This document shows, piece after piece, positions 39,120 through 48,053 of a DNA stretch of 64,000 nt. The position numbers were made by a program, and so were the translations under genes. How positions within the stretch are numbered: the stretch's first letter is position 1; each line of letters opens with the position of its first letter. Source of the DNA: an uncultured Phycisphaerales bacterium (GTDB taxonomy: Bacteria > Planctomycetota > Phycisphaerae > Phycisphaerales > SM1A02); contig CALKEP010000009.1 in NCBI GenBank assembly GCA_938084645.1, positions 1-64,000 of the forward strand, given 5' to 3'. The notes under the pieces were generated by a model. The model was not told the DNA's origin, did no database searches, and worked only from the letters and a program-made list of their open reading frames with translations.

Positions 39120-40041
39120 TCGTCGATTCGCCGGTGGCGTCCGCGACGCCGGAGGGCGTCGTGATCGGCGGGTCGGTCGGCGTGGCGCGTCCGCTCGCGA
39201 CCGGAATGCCCAGCGTGGTCGCCACGTCGCGTTCGACGATGGCTCGCAACTGGCTCCGCGGGATGCCCGGCAGCTGCGTGCCCTGGCTGAAGGCGTTGAT
39301 CGAGTAGATCGTCTCGATCGCCTTGGCGGGCGTCTCGGTCGGCCAGCCGCTGGCGAAGAGGAGCTTGTCGACGATGTCCATGCTGTTCGCGCCGAGCAGG
39401 GCCTGGAACAACTGCCAGGGGCGATGCACGAGGCCCGCGGTGTCCGCGAAGATCCGGGCGTGCTTCTGCAGGAGGACGAGGGTCTCCTCCACCCACGGTG
39501 CGCCGATGCCGCTCAGGACCACGGAGAGCCCCGGCAGACTGCGGGCGACCTCGTCCCAGGCGAGGGGACGATCGAACTCGAGGACCGCACCGGGGCCGAC
39601 GGGCCCGGGCCGGGACACGAAGACCGGGAGCCCGAGCGACTCGCATCGCTCCCACAGTCGCATGGCACTGGAGTGCGTGGGATGGAAGCCTTGATCCGAG
39701 GGGCAGACGGTGATTCCGACGAAGCCCATCTCGACGGCACGATCGACTTCGCCGAAGACATCGTTCGCGAGGGGGTCGATGCCGGCGACGCCCATCAGGA
39801 GTCCCTGGCTCTTGGAGGCCACTTCCGCGACCCATTCGTTGGGGACGCAGGCATCCTGCCGATCGGCCCGATAGGCGAACACCAGCGCGCCGTCGACGCA
39901 GTCGAGGCTGTCCTGAAGCTGCTCCGGCTCGGCTGATTCCTTGATCCAGCGATCGGCCCGGGCGCGGCGAAGGATCTCCGAGGTCTCTCGACCCAGTCGA
40001 TCCACCGAAGGCCAGATCCGAGTCTGTGCGTCAATCACCAT
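39112..40041 (-). CDS. Amidohydrolase_2 family protein with degenerate metal site
   Basis: MVIDAQTRIW, PNEWVAE, GVAGIDP, GFHP, LGLPVF, IFADTAG, KLLFASGWP follow the TIM-barrel amidohydrolase pattern. Confidence 0.75.
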   Translation of the reverse strand: MVIDAQTRIWPSVDRLGRETSEILRRARADRWIKESAEPEQLQDSLDCVDGALVFAYRADRQDACVPNEWVAEVASKSQGLLMGVAGIDPLANDVFGEVDRAVEMGFVGITVCPSDQGFHPTHSSAMRLWERCESLGLPVFVSRPGPVGPGAVLEFDRPLAWDEVARSLPGLSVVLSGIGAPWVEETLVLLQKHARIFADTAGLVHRPWQLFQALLGANSMDIVDKLLFASGWPTETPAKAIETIYSINAFSQGTQLPGIPRSQLRAIVERDVATTLGIPVASGRATPTDPPITTPSGVADATGESTSD

Positions 40042-40230
40042 GGTGCGATGCTTTCCAATCTCCGGGAAGCTCCGGCGCACGTGTGCCGGACCGGCCCGAA
40101 CGATCCCCATTCTACTCGACCGCCGGTCCCCAGATCGAATCCGGAATGGGGTTCGGCCGAATATCGGCCCACCAAACCCCGCTCACGACCCTTGCATCGG
40201 TGATATCGGCCGGATGCCTATACTCGCGAC

Positions 40231-41025
40231 ATGAATCAGCGGCCCGACATCGACGCCCGTCCGACCGAGCCGGGCACCATCGCCTGGAACGAGGCGGAGC
40301 TGGCTCAGGATCCGCACCGGTCGAGCGAGAAGGCGGGCAAGGTTCGATCGATGTTCGCCTCGATCTCCGGCTCCTACGACCTCAACAACCGGCTGCACTC
40401 GTTCGGCCTCGACCAGCGATGGCGGGCCCGGACCGTCGCGCTCGCGGATGTTCGGCCCGGCGACTCGGTGCTGGACGTCGCCTGCGGCACCGGGGACCTG
40501 ACCGAGGCGTTCGCCCGCACCGAAGCGGGCGAGGTGATCGGGGGGGACTTCACGCCGGAGATGCTCGACCAGGCCCGGCGGAAGGCCGATCGCATCGATC
40601 CCGAGCGGCGTCCTCGGTACGTGCATGCGGATGCGATGCGGCTCGACTACGAGGATGCGCGGTTCGACGTGGTCACGATCGCCTTCGGAATCCGGAACGT
40701 CACCGATCCCGCGGTCGCGATCCGTGAGTTCGCGCGGGTGCTGCGCCCCGGCGGACGGTTGGTGATCCTCGAGTTCGCGGAACCGCGGAATCCGCTGGTG
40801 CGATGGGGGAACCGGATCTACACGAATCGAATCATGCCGCTCACGGCCTCCATGGTCGCACGCGACGGTTCGGGCGCGTATCGATACCTGCCGCGATCGA
40901 TCGAGACCTTCCACTCGCCCGCCGACCTCGCAGGGATGATGCGATCGGCCGGGCTCGAGGTGGTCCGCCAGGTGCCGCTGACCTTCGGGGTCTGCGTGGC
41001 GTCCCTCGCCGTCCGGGAATCGTGA
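40231..41025 (+). CDS. ubiE: Ubiquinone/menaquinone biosynthesis C-methyltransferase (UbiE/MenG)
   Basis: VRSMFASISGSYDLNNRLHSFGLDQRWR, VLDVACGTGD, FGIRNV, RVLRPGG, AYRYL..SI..F. Confidence 0.93.
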   Translation: MNQRPDIDARPTEPGTIAWNEAELAQDPHRSSEKAGKVRSMFASISGSYDLNNRLHSFGLDQRWRARTVALADVRPGDSVLDVACGTGDLTEAFARTEAGEVIGGDFTPEMLDQARRKADRIDPERRPRYVHADAMRLDYEDARFDVVTIAFGIRNVTDPAVAIREFARVLRPGGRLVILEFAEPRNPLVRWGNRIYTNRIMPLTASMVARDGSGAYRYLPRSIETFHSPADLAGMMRSAGLEVVRQVPLTFGVCVASLAVRES

Positions 41026-41225
41026 TCGATCGGGCGTCCGACGGCGTTCGGTTCCGGTTCTGACGGCGACTTCCCGGGGGAATCGGCCCCACCTGCGTCG
41101 CACTTTGAAACGATCGGCGTCGTCGCTCCTTCTACAGGTGCCCCCCTTCGATGGAGGATTCCATCGTTCGCGATCAGGCGTCCGGCCGGAGGATCCGACC
41201 TTCAGCGCATTTGTGGAGTGACGAC

Positions 41226-41945
41226 ATGACCAACGACAGGGAAGTCGACCGTCTGCTCGAACTCGCCCTCCGTGGCGACCGGGCCAGCCTGCGTGTTTTT
41301 CTCGATGAAGCGATCGACCGCTCGGCCGATCATCCCCGACACGTGCTCTCCGACGTGATATCTCCGGCGCTCGGCGCTCTCGAGACCGTTTCGAGAGAGG
41401 ATCGTGCGACCGCCGCGGCGATCGCGATCATGCTGGGATCGATGCGGCTGGCGACGGCGCGGGTGATCGAACGACTTGCGGGCTGGGCGCCATCGCTCGG
41501 AGAGGACGGTCGCCGGATCGTCATCTTCAGCGGCGCCGGCGGATTCGAGATGTTGCAGGCCGAGATCATGGCCGCGGAACTCGAATGCGATGGTCACGAG
41601 GTCCGGTTCGGCGGGGGTGGTGTTCCGTCCGATGAGATCCTGGCTTCGGTCGGCGCGTGGTCGCCGGACGTCCTGCTGCTGTTCGCGTCGTGCCCGACCG
41701 ACGTCCCGGGAATCCGGGAGTTGATCGACACCATCCGGACGGTCGACGCGTGTCCGGAGCTGCAGATCGCCGTGGGCGGGGGTGTGTTCGCCCGGGCTCC
41801 CGGGCTGGCCGAGGAGATCGGCGCGGATCTCTGGGCGAGCGAAGACCCGGATCTCCGGGCGGCGATCCTCGATGATCCCGCTCGACGGGCGATTCCCGAG
41901 CAACGCACCGTCGGACGCGGAAAACGAACCTCCCGAGCCGCCTGA
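41226..41945 (+). CDS. Cobalamin-binding-domain-like protein (cap plus Rossmann fold) lacking DxHxxG
   Basis: Helical cap (LALRGDR..VISPAL), then LECDGHEVRFGGGGVPSDEI, PDVLLL, IAVGGGVF, EIGAD; GGAG before ATG 41226. Confidence 0.7.
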   Translation: MTNDREVDRLLELALRGDRASLRVFLDEAIDRSADHPRHVLSDVISPALGALETVSREDRATAAAIAIMLGSMRLATARVIERLAGWAPSLGEDGRRIVIFSGAGGFEMLQAEIMAAELECDGHEVRFGGGGVPSDEILASVGAWSPDVLLLFASCPTDVPGIRELIDTIRTVDACPELQIAVGGGVFARAPGLAEEIGADLWASEDPDLRAAILDDPARRAIPEQRTVGRGKRTSRAA

Positions 41946-42080
41946 ACCACTCGATTCATCCACCCGCCGAGCCTCCGAACCCGACCGAGCGTCCGTCTCC
42001 AAGGGTCCCGGGGGCTCGTCGTTGGATCGATCCAGCCCGCTTTCCGGGGATTCGGGGCCTGGAGCCGATAGACTGTGGTG

Positions 42081-42728
42081 ATGGAACGAGCCCACGAACT
42101 CGAGCTCATCCAACGGGCGAAGCGGGGTGACGCCGCGGCGCTCGGTGCCCTGATCGACGGGCATCGGGACTCGCTGCACCATTTCCTGCTTCGGTTGACC
42201 CGCCGGGAGGATGTCGCGGAGGACATCGGGCAGGAGGCCTTCGTGCGGGTGCTTCGGAACCTCGATCGCTTCGATGAGCGATTCCGGTTCAGCACCTGGA
42301 TCTTCACCATCGCCCGCCGTCTCTGGATCAACCACATCCAGAAGTTCCGTCCCATCCCCGACAGCGACGCGGTCGGATCGCGACCCGGTCAGGATGATGG
42401 GCCGGAGGTGGTCGCGGAGACGAAGGAACACAAGGCTCGGATCGCCGATGCCGTGGCGGTGGGGCTCGCGGCCCTCAATCCGCGGCAGCGCGAGATCGTC
42501 GAACTCTTCCATGGTCGCGAACTCTCGATTCAGGAGATCGCATTCCGGCTCGAGCTTCCGGTGGGGACGATCAAGAGCCATCTCTTCCGGGCCCGTCGTC
42601 GGATGAGTGCCGCGGTGCTCGAGGACGGTCGTTTCGATCCGGCGGGTTCGGATGACGAGCGGTCCGATGAAGGGCATCCGGTTCCCGAGGTGGCCCTCGA
42701 TCGAGTGGAAGCCGGAGGGAGGCCATGA
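42081..42728 (+). CDS. ECF-type RNA polymerase sigma factor
   Basis: AKRGDAAAL, AEDIGQEAF, FSTWIFTIARR, LNPRQR, LSIQEIA..LELPVGTIKSHLFRAR; ATG 42081 preferred over GTG 42075. Confidence 0.93.
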   Translation: MERAHELELIQRAKRGDAAALGALIDGHRDSLHHFLLRLTRREDVAEDIGQEAFVRVLRNLDRFDERFRFSTWIFTIARRLWINHIQKFRPIPDSDAVGSRPGQDDGPEVVAETKEHKARIADAVAVGLAALNPRQREIVELFHGRELSIQEIAFRLELPVGTIKSHLFRARRRMSAAVLEDGRFDPAGSDDERSDEGHPVPEVALDRVEAGGRP

Positions 42729-43087
42729 GCGACCGAAGACTGGACCCGGAAGCCTTCCGGGAGGCGGTGCTCTCCAGGCTCGACGGCGTCGAGCCGGCGA
42801 CGGCCGTGCCCGGGCTCGATCGCGATGCTCGACGAACCATCTGGGCGGTGTCCTGCGTGGTGGTGCTCGTGGGCGTCGCCGCCCTGCTGAGTCGGTGGTC
42901 CGAGGGCCCGGCGTCCGACGACGCACCGGCGACCGCGGCGGCTTCGATCGAAGGCGCCTTCCAGCGGCTCTCCGTCGAGCCGGTCGGTGAGGGCGCTTCG
43001 GATGGGAATCACGGCGAATCGGCAACCGAGGCCCCGGACGGGCGGTACCAAGAGGTGGTCGCCGTCGCACCGGGACGGTCGACCTGA
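42725..43087 (+). CDS. Small single-TM protein, candidate anti-sigma factor
   Basis: ATGA overlap with the ECF sigma gene; short N-domain, one TM (IWAVSCVVVLVGVAALL), low-complexity C-terminus. Confidence 0.5.
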   Translation: MSDRRLDPEAFREAVLSRLDGVEPATAVPGLDRDARRTIWAVSCVVVLVGVAALLSRWSEGPASDDAPATAAASIEGAFQRLSVEPVGEGASDGNHGESATEAPDGRYQEVVAVAPGRST

Positions 43088-43150
43088 ACTTGTCGTTCCG
43101 GGGCCGTTCATCGAATCCCGCCGCCAATCCACAGGTCACCCTTTCCGATC

Positions 43151-44788
43151 ATGAGCGTCCGTCTCGTCAATCCCATCCAGTTCACCCGGATTCCGGCTGA
43201 TTGCTCGGGGATCCGCTCGGTGATGCTCGCGGCGATGCTGTTGCTCGCGGCAGCGGCTTCGAAGGCCGAAGGTGGGTTCCCCGAGGACATCGCCATCGCG
43301 CCGGACGAGTCGCGGGTGGTCATTCGCATGGGGGCCGCGAGCGAGGATGACGTCCGTTGGAGGGACGTGGTCGTCGAGATGCTGGGCATGAGCGTCGCGA
43401 ACGCCGAGCAGGGCTGGTCCCGCGCGTCCGGGCTCGTCGACCGCATGGGGATCGCATTCGCGGAACGAATTCACGCCGTCGATGCGACCGGCTCGCAGTG
43501 GATCCACGCCGCCCGCTGGTCGGATGCCGCGAAACTCCAGTCGAGTCTTCGCCGGGCCGAGGCGCGGCCACTGGGTTTCGGTCGATTCCGATTCGTGGCG
43601 CCGCGGATCGATCTGGCGATCGCCGGCGACTGGGTGTTGCTCGCGCCGACCGGTTCGCCCTGGCTCGACGGCGCCGCGGAACGGGCCGGCATCGCCGCCG
43701 GCGAGTTCTCGAACGCTCCGGCCGTGATCGACGTCCGACTTCGACACGACGCGCCCACCGGCGGAACGACCCGGCTCGAACTGACGCCGCTCGGGCCGAC
43801 GCAGGCGTCGATCGAGATCGACGGGCGGTACGACGCGAGTCCGCTGCCGGCCCGAACGCCGGGGCGGGTCGATGCGCGACTGATCCCCTCGTTGCGCGGT
43901 CGCGTCGCGGTGGCGATGCTCGAGTCCGGTGTCGGGGTGCTTGATCCGACCTTGATCCGACTCGCGGCGCAGATGCCCGAGTTGATGCCGCCTCCGGAGG
44001 TGCGTCGTTCGCTGGCGACCCGTCGACTGGTGGTGCTCGACGGCGAGACCGTCCGGATTCCCGGGATCGGCCTGGTCGAGGTGCCGGCGATGTGCATCGC
44101 GATCCCGTGTCGCGCGGAAACCTCCCCTCGGATCCGGGAACCGAAGTTCGATGCGATGATCCATGGGTGGATGGTCGACTCCGGGCGGGCGCTCGCCACC
44201 CGGTCCGCGAGCGGGGAGAACTCCGATCGAGTCGAGCAGGTCGGTCCGGTTCCGGTCCGGATCGCGCGGGACGAGATCCGGCACCTCGATCTCGGCGACG
44301 GCTTCGCCGCATCGTTCGATCGTCACCCGGCCTCCATCGCGACGAGCCTGAACTGGGTGATTCGTCGGGTCGGTCCCGGTGAGGCCGGCGACGCGCCCCA
44401 TCCCGACACCTGGCTGGTGGTCGGGAGCTCGCCCGGCATCGTTCGAAGGGTGGGGCGGGCCATCGAGGATGTGAACGTTGAAACACCCGGCGACGAACCG
44501 CCCACGTGCAGCCAGGGCGTCGCGAGTCCGGCGCGGTTGGGCCTGCAGGTGGCGGATCTCGCCGGTCTTCGCGCCGAGTCGTCCGATTCGAACGCGCCGG
44601 CGGATTCGGCCGTCCTCGCAAGGCTTGCCGCGATCCTCACGCGATTCGAGCACGTCGAGTGGTCGACGTCGGTCCAGTCCGACGAGGCGGTTCGCGGAAT
44701 CCTGCGGGTCACCCTGACCCCCGACGCCTCCGAGCGACCGATGCGCGACGCGCCGGCCGCGGGATCGGGTGGGCGACGAGACCCGTGA
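43151..44788 (+). CDS. Hypothetical exported protein
   Basis: 545-codon ORF filling the gap between co-oriented genes; signal-like MLAAMLLLAAAASKA (true start may be later); stop overlaps the tilS GTG. Confidence 0.55.
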   Translation: MSVRLVNPIQFTRIPADCSGIRSVMLAAMLLLAAAASKAEGGFPEDIAIAPDESRVVIRMGAASEDDVRWRDVVVEMLGMSVANAEQGWSRASGLVDRMGIAFAERIHAVDATGSQWIHAARWSDAAKLQSSLRRAEARPLGFGRFRFVAPRIDLAIAGDWVLLAPTGSPWLDGAAERAGIAAGEFSNAPAVIDVRLRHDAPTGGTTRLELTPLGPTQASIEIDGRYDASPLPARTPGRVDARLIPSLRGRVAVAMLESGVGVLDPTLIRLAAQMPELMPPPEVRRSLATRRLVVLDGETVRIPGIGLVEVPAMCIAIPCRAETSPRIREPKFDAMIHGWMVDSGRALATRSASGENSDRVEQVGPVPVRIARDEIRHLDLGDGFAASFDRHPASIATSLNWVIRRVGPGEAGDAPHPDTWLVVGSSPGIVRRVGRAIEDVNVETPGDEPPTCSQGVASPARLGLQVADLAGLRAESSDSNAPADSAVLARLAAILTRFEHVEWSTSVQSDEAVRGILRVTLTPDASERPMRDAPAAGSGGRRDP

Positions 44789-45861
44789 GCAAGGGGCTTC
44801 ATTCCAAGGTCGATCCCCCGGGCGCGGCTGGTGCCGGTTCACGAATCGATCGAGACCACGTCGAGCTCGCCGCCTCGCGATCCCCCCTGGCCGATCTCGT
44901 CGAACGCCGTCTGGAAGCCTGCGGCATCCGAGACGACCGACCGGTGCTCGTCGCGGTGAGCGGCGGCATCGATTCGACGGCGTTGCTGGCGATCGCCGCG
45001 GCCCTCGCCCGGCGACGACGTCCCAGACGCATGCGGCCTTTCGTGGGACACGTCGACCACGCGCTCCGGTCGGATTCCGCCGCGGATGCGGAGGCGGTCG
45101 GGACGCTTGCGAATGCCCTCGACGTTCCATTCAGGTCGACCAGACTCGTCTGGCCGGAACCGGGCTCGGGAGGCGTGTCGTCCGCCGCCGCCCGCGATGC
45201 GCGATGGGAAGCCCTGTGCCGGCTTGCGGTCGATGTGGGAGCGGAGTCGATTCTCGCGGGGCATCACGCCGACGACCAGGCGGAGACCGTGCTTCTCCGG
45301 CTCGCTCGAGGTACGGGGCTCGACGGGCTTTCGGGGATTCCCGAGCAACGTTCCCTGGGCGCGGGATGTCGCGTGGTTCGCCCGCTGCTCGCGGCCCGGC
45401 GCGACGCGATCGTCGCGCTGGTGGAGGCGACGGGCCTGCCGGTCCGGCACGATCCGACCAATGACCGGCGAGATCGCGCCCGGGAGATGATCCGGCACGA
45501 CGTGCTTCCCCGGCTGGAGTCGATTCATCCCGGGGCCGCCGGTCGGATCGCCGCCGTCGCGACCGAGGTCCGGGACATGGCGTCCATCCCGCCGCTCGGG
45601 GCGCCGCCGTGGCGACGGGACATCTTCCCCGACCTCGATCCGGGCCGGATCGGCACGCTGGTTCGCGACGCCGCGATCGAACTCCAACCCGTTGCGGCAT
45701 CGACGCCTCGCTCGGTGTGGGACGACGTCGTTCGCATGCTGCTCGACGGCGATCCGGCGCCGCGGCGGATTCGCATCGCCGCCGGCTTCGATCTCGTATC
45801 GGCTCGGGGCATGGTGGCCTTCGAGCGTCACGACGGAGCCCCGGACGCCGCGGTCGAGTAG
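44785..45861 (+). CDS. tilS: tRNA(Ile)-lysidine synthetase
   Basis: VAVSGGIDS PP-loop, HVDHALR, AARDARW, GHHADDQAETVLLRLARGTG, VRPLL, DPTN, IRHDVLP. Start uncertain. Confidence 0.92.
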   Translation: MSKGLHSKVDPPGAAGAGSRIDRDHVELAASRSPLADLVERRLEACGIRDDRPVLVAVSGGIDSTALLAIAAALARRRRPRRMRPFVGHVDHALRSDSAADAEAVGTLANALDVPFRSTRLVWPEPGSGGVSSAAARDARWEALCRLAVDVGAESILAGHHADDQAETVLLRLARGTGLDGLSGIPEQRSLGAGCRVVRPLLAARRDAIVALVEATGLPVRHDPTNDRRDRAREMIRHDVLPRLESIHPGAAGRIAAVATEVRDMASIPPLGAPPWRRDIFPDLDPGRIGTLVRDAAIELQPVAASTPRSVWDDVVRMLLDGDPAPRRIRIAAGFDLVSARGMVAFERHDGAPDAAVE

Positions 45862-45920
45862 ATTCCGATTCCTGCAGCCGATTCCACGTTCCTCGAAACG
45901 TCGTCCCTGGAGACCGACCA

Positions 45921-46340
45921 ATGAGTTCCGATGCATCCGACCCCCGACCGGCCACCGTGCTTTCGGTCGGTCATTGCACGCCCGACGCCTGGATGCTCCG
46001 GACCGCCGTCCAGCGAGTGCTCCCGGATGCCGACGTCCATCCCGTGAACGACGAAGACGAACTTCGCGAACGAATCGAGGGCTCGACGGGGCCGATGGTC
46101 CTGCTGGTCAATCGCCTGCTCGACGGCCGGTTTCCGTACGGTGACGGCATCGAACTGATCGAGGCGCACGCCGGCCGGCCGGTCGCGGCGCTCCTCATCT
46201 CGAATCTCGATGAATCGCAGGCCGCCGCGGAATCCGCGGGTGCGGTGATCGGCTTTGGAAAGACCGCCTTGAACGACGCGGATACCGCGGCGAAGCTTCG
46301 AGATGCGGTCGAGTTCGCGACGGCTCGACGATCAGGGTGA
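45921..46340 (+). CDS. Atypical single-domain receiver (CheY-like) protein
   Basis: VLSVGHCTPD, LLVNRLLDG, DGIELI, LLISN, GA..GFGK follow the receiver beta/alpha pattern, with Asn at the expected phosphoacceptor position. Confidence 0.65.
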   Translation: MSSDASDPRPATVLSVGHCTPDAWMLRTAVQRVLPDADVHPVNDEDELRERIEGSTGPMVLLVNRLLDGRFPYGDGIELIEAHAGRPVAALLISNLDESQAAAESAGAVIGFGKTALNDADTAAKLRDAVEFATARRSG

Positions 46341-47333
46341 CGATGCGGCGTTCCGGGCGTTCGCTTCCTCGAGTTCGCGGGCGAACTGGAGGTCGGCGGC
46401 TTCGACCATGTCGTCGACGCATCGCTGGAAGTCGTCGACGGAGACGCATGCCACCTTGCCGTCGACCAGCCCGACGAGCACCGGCGACTCCGCGAGCCAG
46501 ACCGGGCCTTCGGGAAGCTTGAGGCGGACGCAGCCGTCACAGTAGACGTCTTCAGGAAGATCCGACTCGACCAGTTCGACGCCCTCCGCGGGAGGTACTT
46601 CGACCGCGATCACGCGGGCGGAGAGGCTCTTGCCGAAGTATCCGTCGAAGAGATCGTGACACGCGCCGCAGTTGGGGCGGTAGAGGGCGACGAGCGTCGG
46701 CTGGTCCTGGCTGAGTCCACGGAGCTGCGGAAGGTGTTCGAGCACGCCGGTCTCTTCGAGCGGAAGTCCCTTCCAGTCCTCCCACATGCCCGCGGTGAGA
46801 TCGTGGACGATGAAGCGGCCGTCCTCGCCGCGGCTCCGGGTGATCGATTCGGGGGTGATTCCCACCTGCACGTTGCCCGCGATCGCCGCCCCCGCCACCA
46901 GCGCCAGCACGACGCCCACGCCCGCCATCATGGGATGACGGAGTCGTTCCGGATCCGGTTTCGCACGGAGGAGGACGACGCCGGCGACGAGGCCCACCAC
47001 GATCTGGATCGCGGGCCTCACGAGGCTCGATGCCGTGGCGTCGAGGGCGAACTCCGCCGATGCGTCGGCGATTCCGGAGAACACGATGAAGCCGGCGACC
47101 ACGATGGCGGGTCCTCGGCCTCGCCGGCCGAGGGCGAGCAGCATGCCCGCGAGCGCCGCGGCGGTGCCGATGGTGAATCGGGCGACGATTTCCGCGCCTT
47201 CCGCCGGCACGTCGTCGGCCTTGGCGCCGAGTCCGATCAGCCACACCGGCATCGCGGCCTCGCCGAGGATGGCGATGCAGAAGGCGGCGGCGATGAGGAA
47301 GATGGCGAGGGCGATTCGGGCGGTGTTGGACAT
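46332..47333 (-). CDS. Membrane protein with C-terminal thioredoxin-like domain (paralogue 3)
   Basis: About five TM segments, then LVALYRPNCGACH, YCDGC, LPEGP..ESPVLVGLVDGKV; start ATG 47333 (MSNTARI). Confidence 0.7.
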   Translation of the reverse strand: MSNTARIALAIFLIAAAFCIAILGEAAMPVWLIGLGAKADDVPAEGAEIVARFTIGTAAALAGMLLALGRRGRGPAIVVAGFIVFSGIADASAEFALDATASSLVRPAIQIVVGLVAGVVLLRAKPDPERLRHPMMAGVGVVLALVAGAAIAGNVQVGITPESITRSRGEDGRFIVHDLTAGMWEDWKGLPLEETGVLEHLPQLRGLSQDQPTLVALYRPNCGACHDLFDGYFGKSLSARVIAVEVPPAEGVELVESDLPEDVYCDGCVRLKLPEGPVWLAESPVLVGLVDGKVACVSVDDFQRCVDDMVEAADLQFARELEEANARNAASSP

Positions 47334-47353
47334 GGGGCGACTCGGTGTGGTGG

Positions 47354-47941
47354 TCAGTCGGCGTTGGAGGCGAGGCAGGCTTCGACGGCGGCGACGTCGT
47401 CGGGATCGTTCGCGAAACCCGTGACCACGCCGTCCCGGACCGCGAAGAGCGCGGGGGTCTGGATCACGTAGTCGGGACCGACGGGAAGGGCTCGCTTCTC
47501 GACGATGGTGGAGGGGAAGGGCATCGCGTTCGCCGGATCGGTGTCGGGCACCTGGACCGCGACCGTCGGAGCCGGGACCGACGTGGTGAACCACTGTTCG
47601 AGCATGTGATGGCAATGCTCGCAGTCGGTTCGGTAGAACATGACGAAGCCGCGCCCCGTCTCGAGGGCCTCGGGGATGGGGCGGTTGATGAGCCTGGCCA
47701 GCGCCTGGCTCGACAACGGCTGGCCCACCCAGGCGTCGAAGTCAGTGAAGTAGAACGGCTCGACCTCGGTGGGCATCGCGCCCCACGGATCGGTGTCCGC
47801 GACGGGCGTCGAGCCGCCGGTGGTCGGCGTCGACGGCGGGTCCGACGCGGGTTCGCAGCCGAGCGTGAACGTGAAGAAGACCGCCGCGAGCAGCGGGAGG
47901 ACTCGGATCGAAGTGGCGTTCGCGGTGATCGTGGTGAACAT
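47354..47941 (-). CDS. Lipoprotein with thioredoxin-like domain (paralogue 2)
   Basis: Lipobox TLGC; FVMFYRTDCEHCH, LPVGP..IQTPALFAVRDGVV; start ATG 47941 (MFTTIT). Confidence 0.7.
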   Translation of the reverse strand: MFTTITANATSIRVLPLLAAVFFTFTLGCEPASDPPSTPTTGGSTPVADTDPWGAMPTEVEPFYFTDFDAWVGQPLSSQALARLINRPIPEALETGRGFVMFYRTDCEHCHHMLEQWFTTSVPAPTVAVQVPDTDPANAMPFPSTIVEKRALPVGPDYVIQTPALFAVRDGVVTGFANDPDDVAAVEACLASNAD

Positions 47942-48053
47942 GGATGGCTCCGTCGGCACGTGGAATCGAACTGGATCAGCAAGGCATCGGACCGTTGAGG
48001 ACGTTTCGGACAGCCTTCCCGGCGGTTTCACGGGGCGTCCGTCGAATCCCGCT

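Noticed and set aside
40155..40211. Repeated ATATCGGCC (GCCGATAT on the minus strand), sigma-28-like -10
   Set aside because: No matching TAAA-like -35 at the expected spacing; short GC-rich matches are likely by chance.
41026..41225. Cobalamin riboswitch upstream of the B12-domain gene
   Set aside because: I could not find the conserved B12-box or GGGAA/GCCACTG elements, and the region is short.
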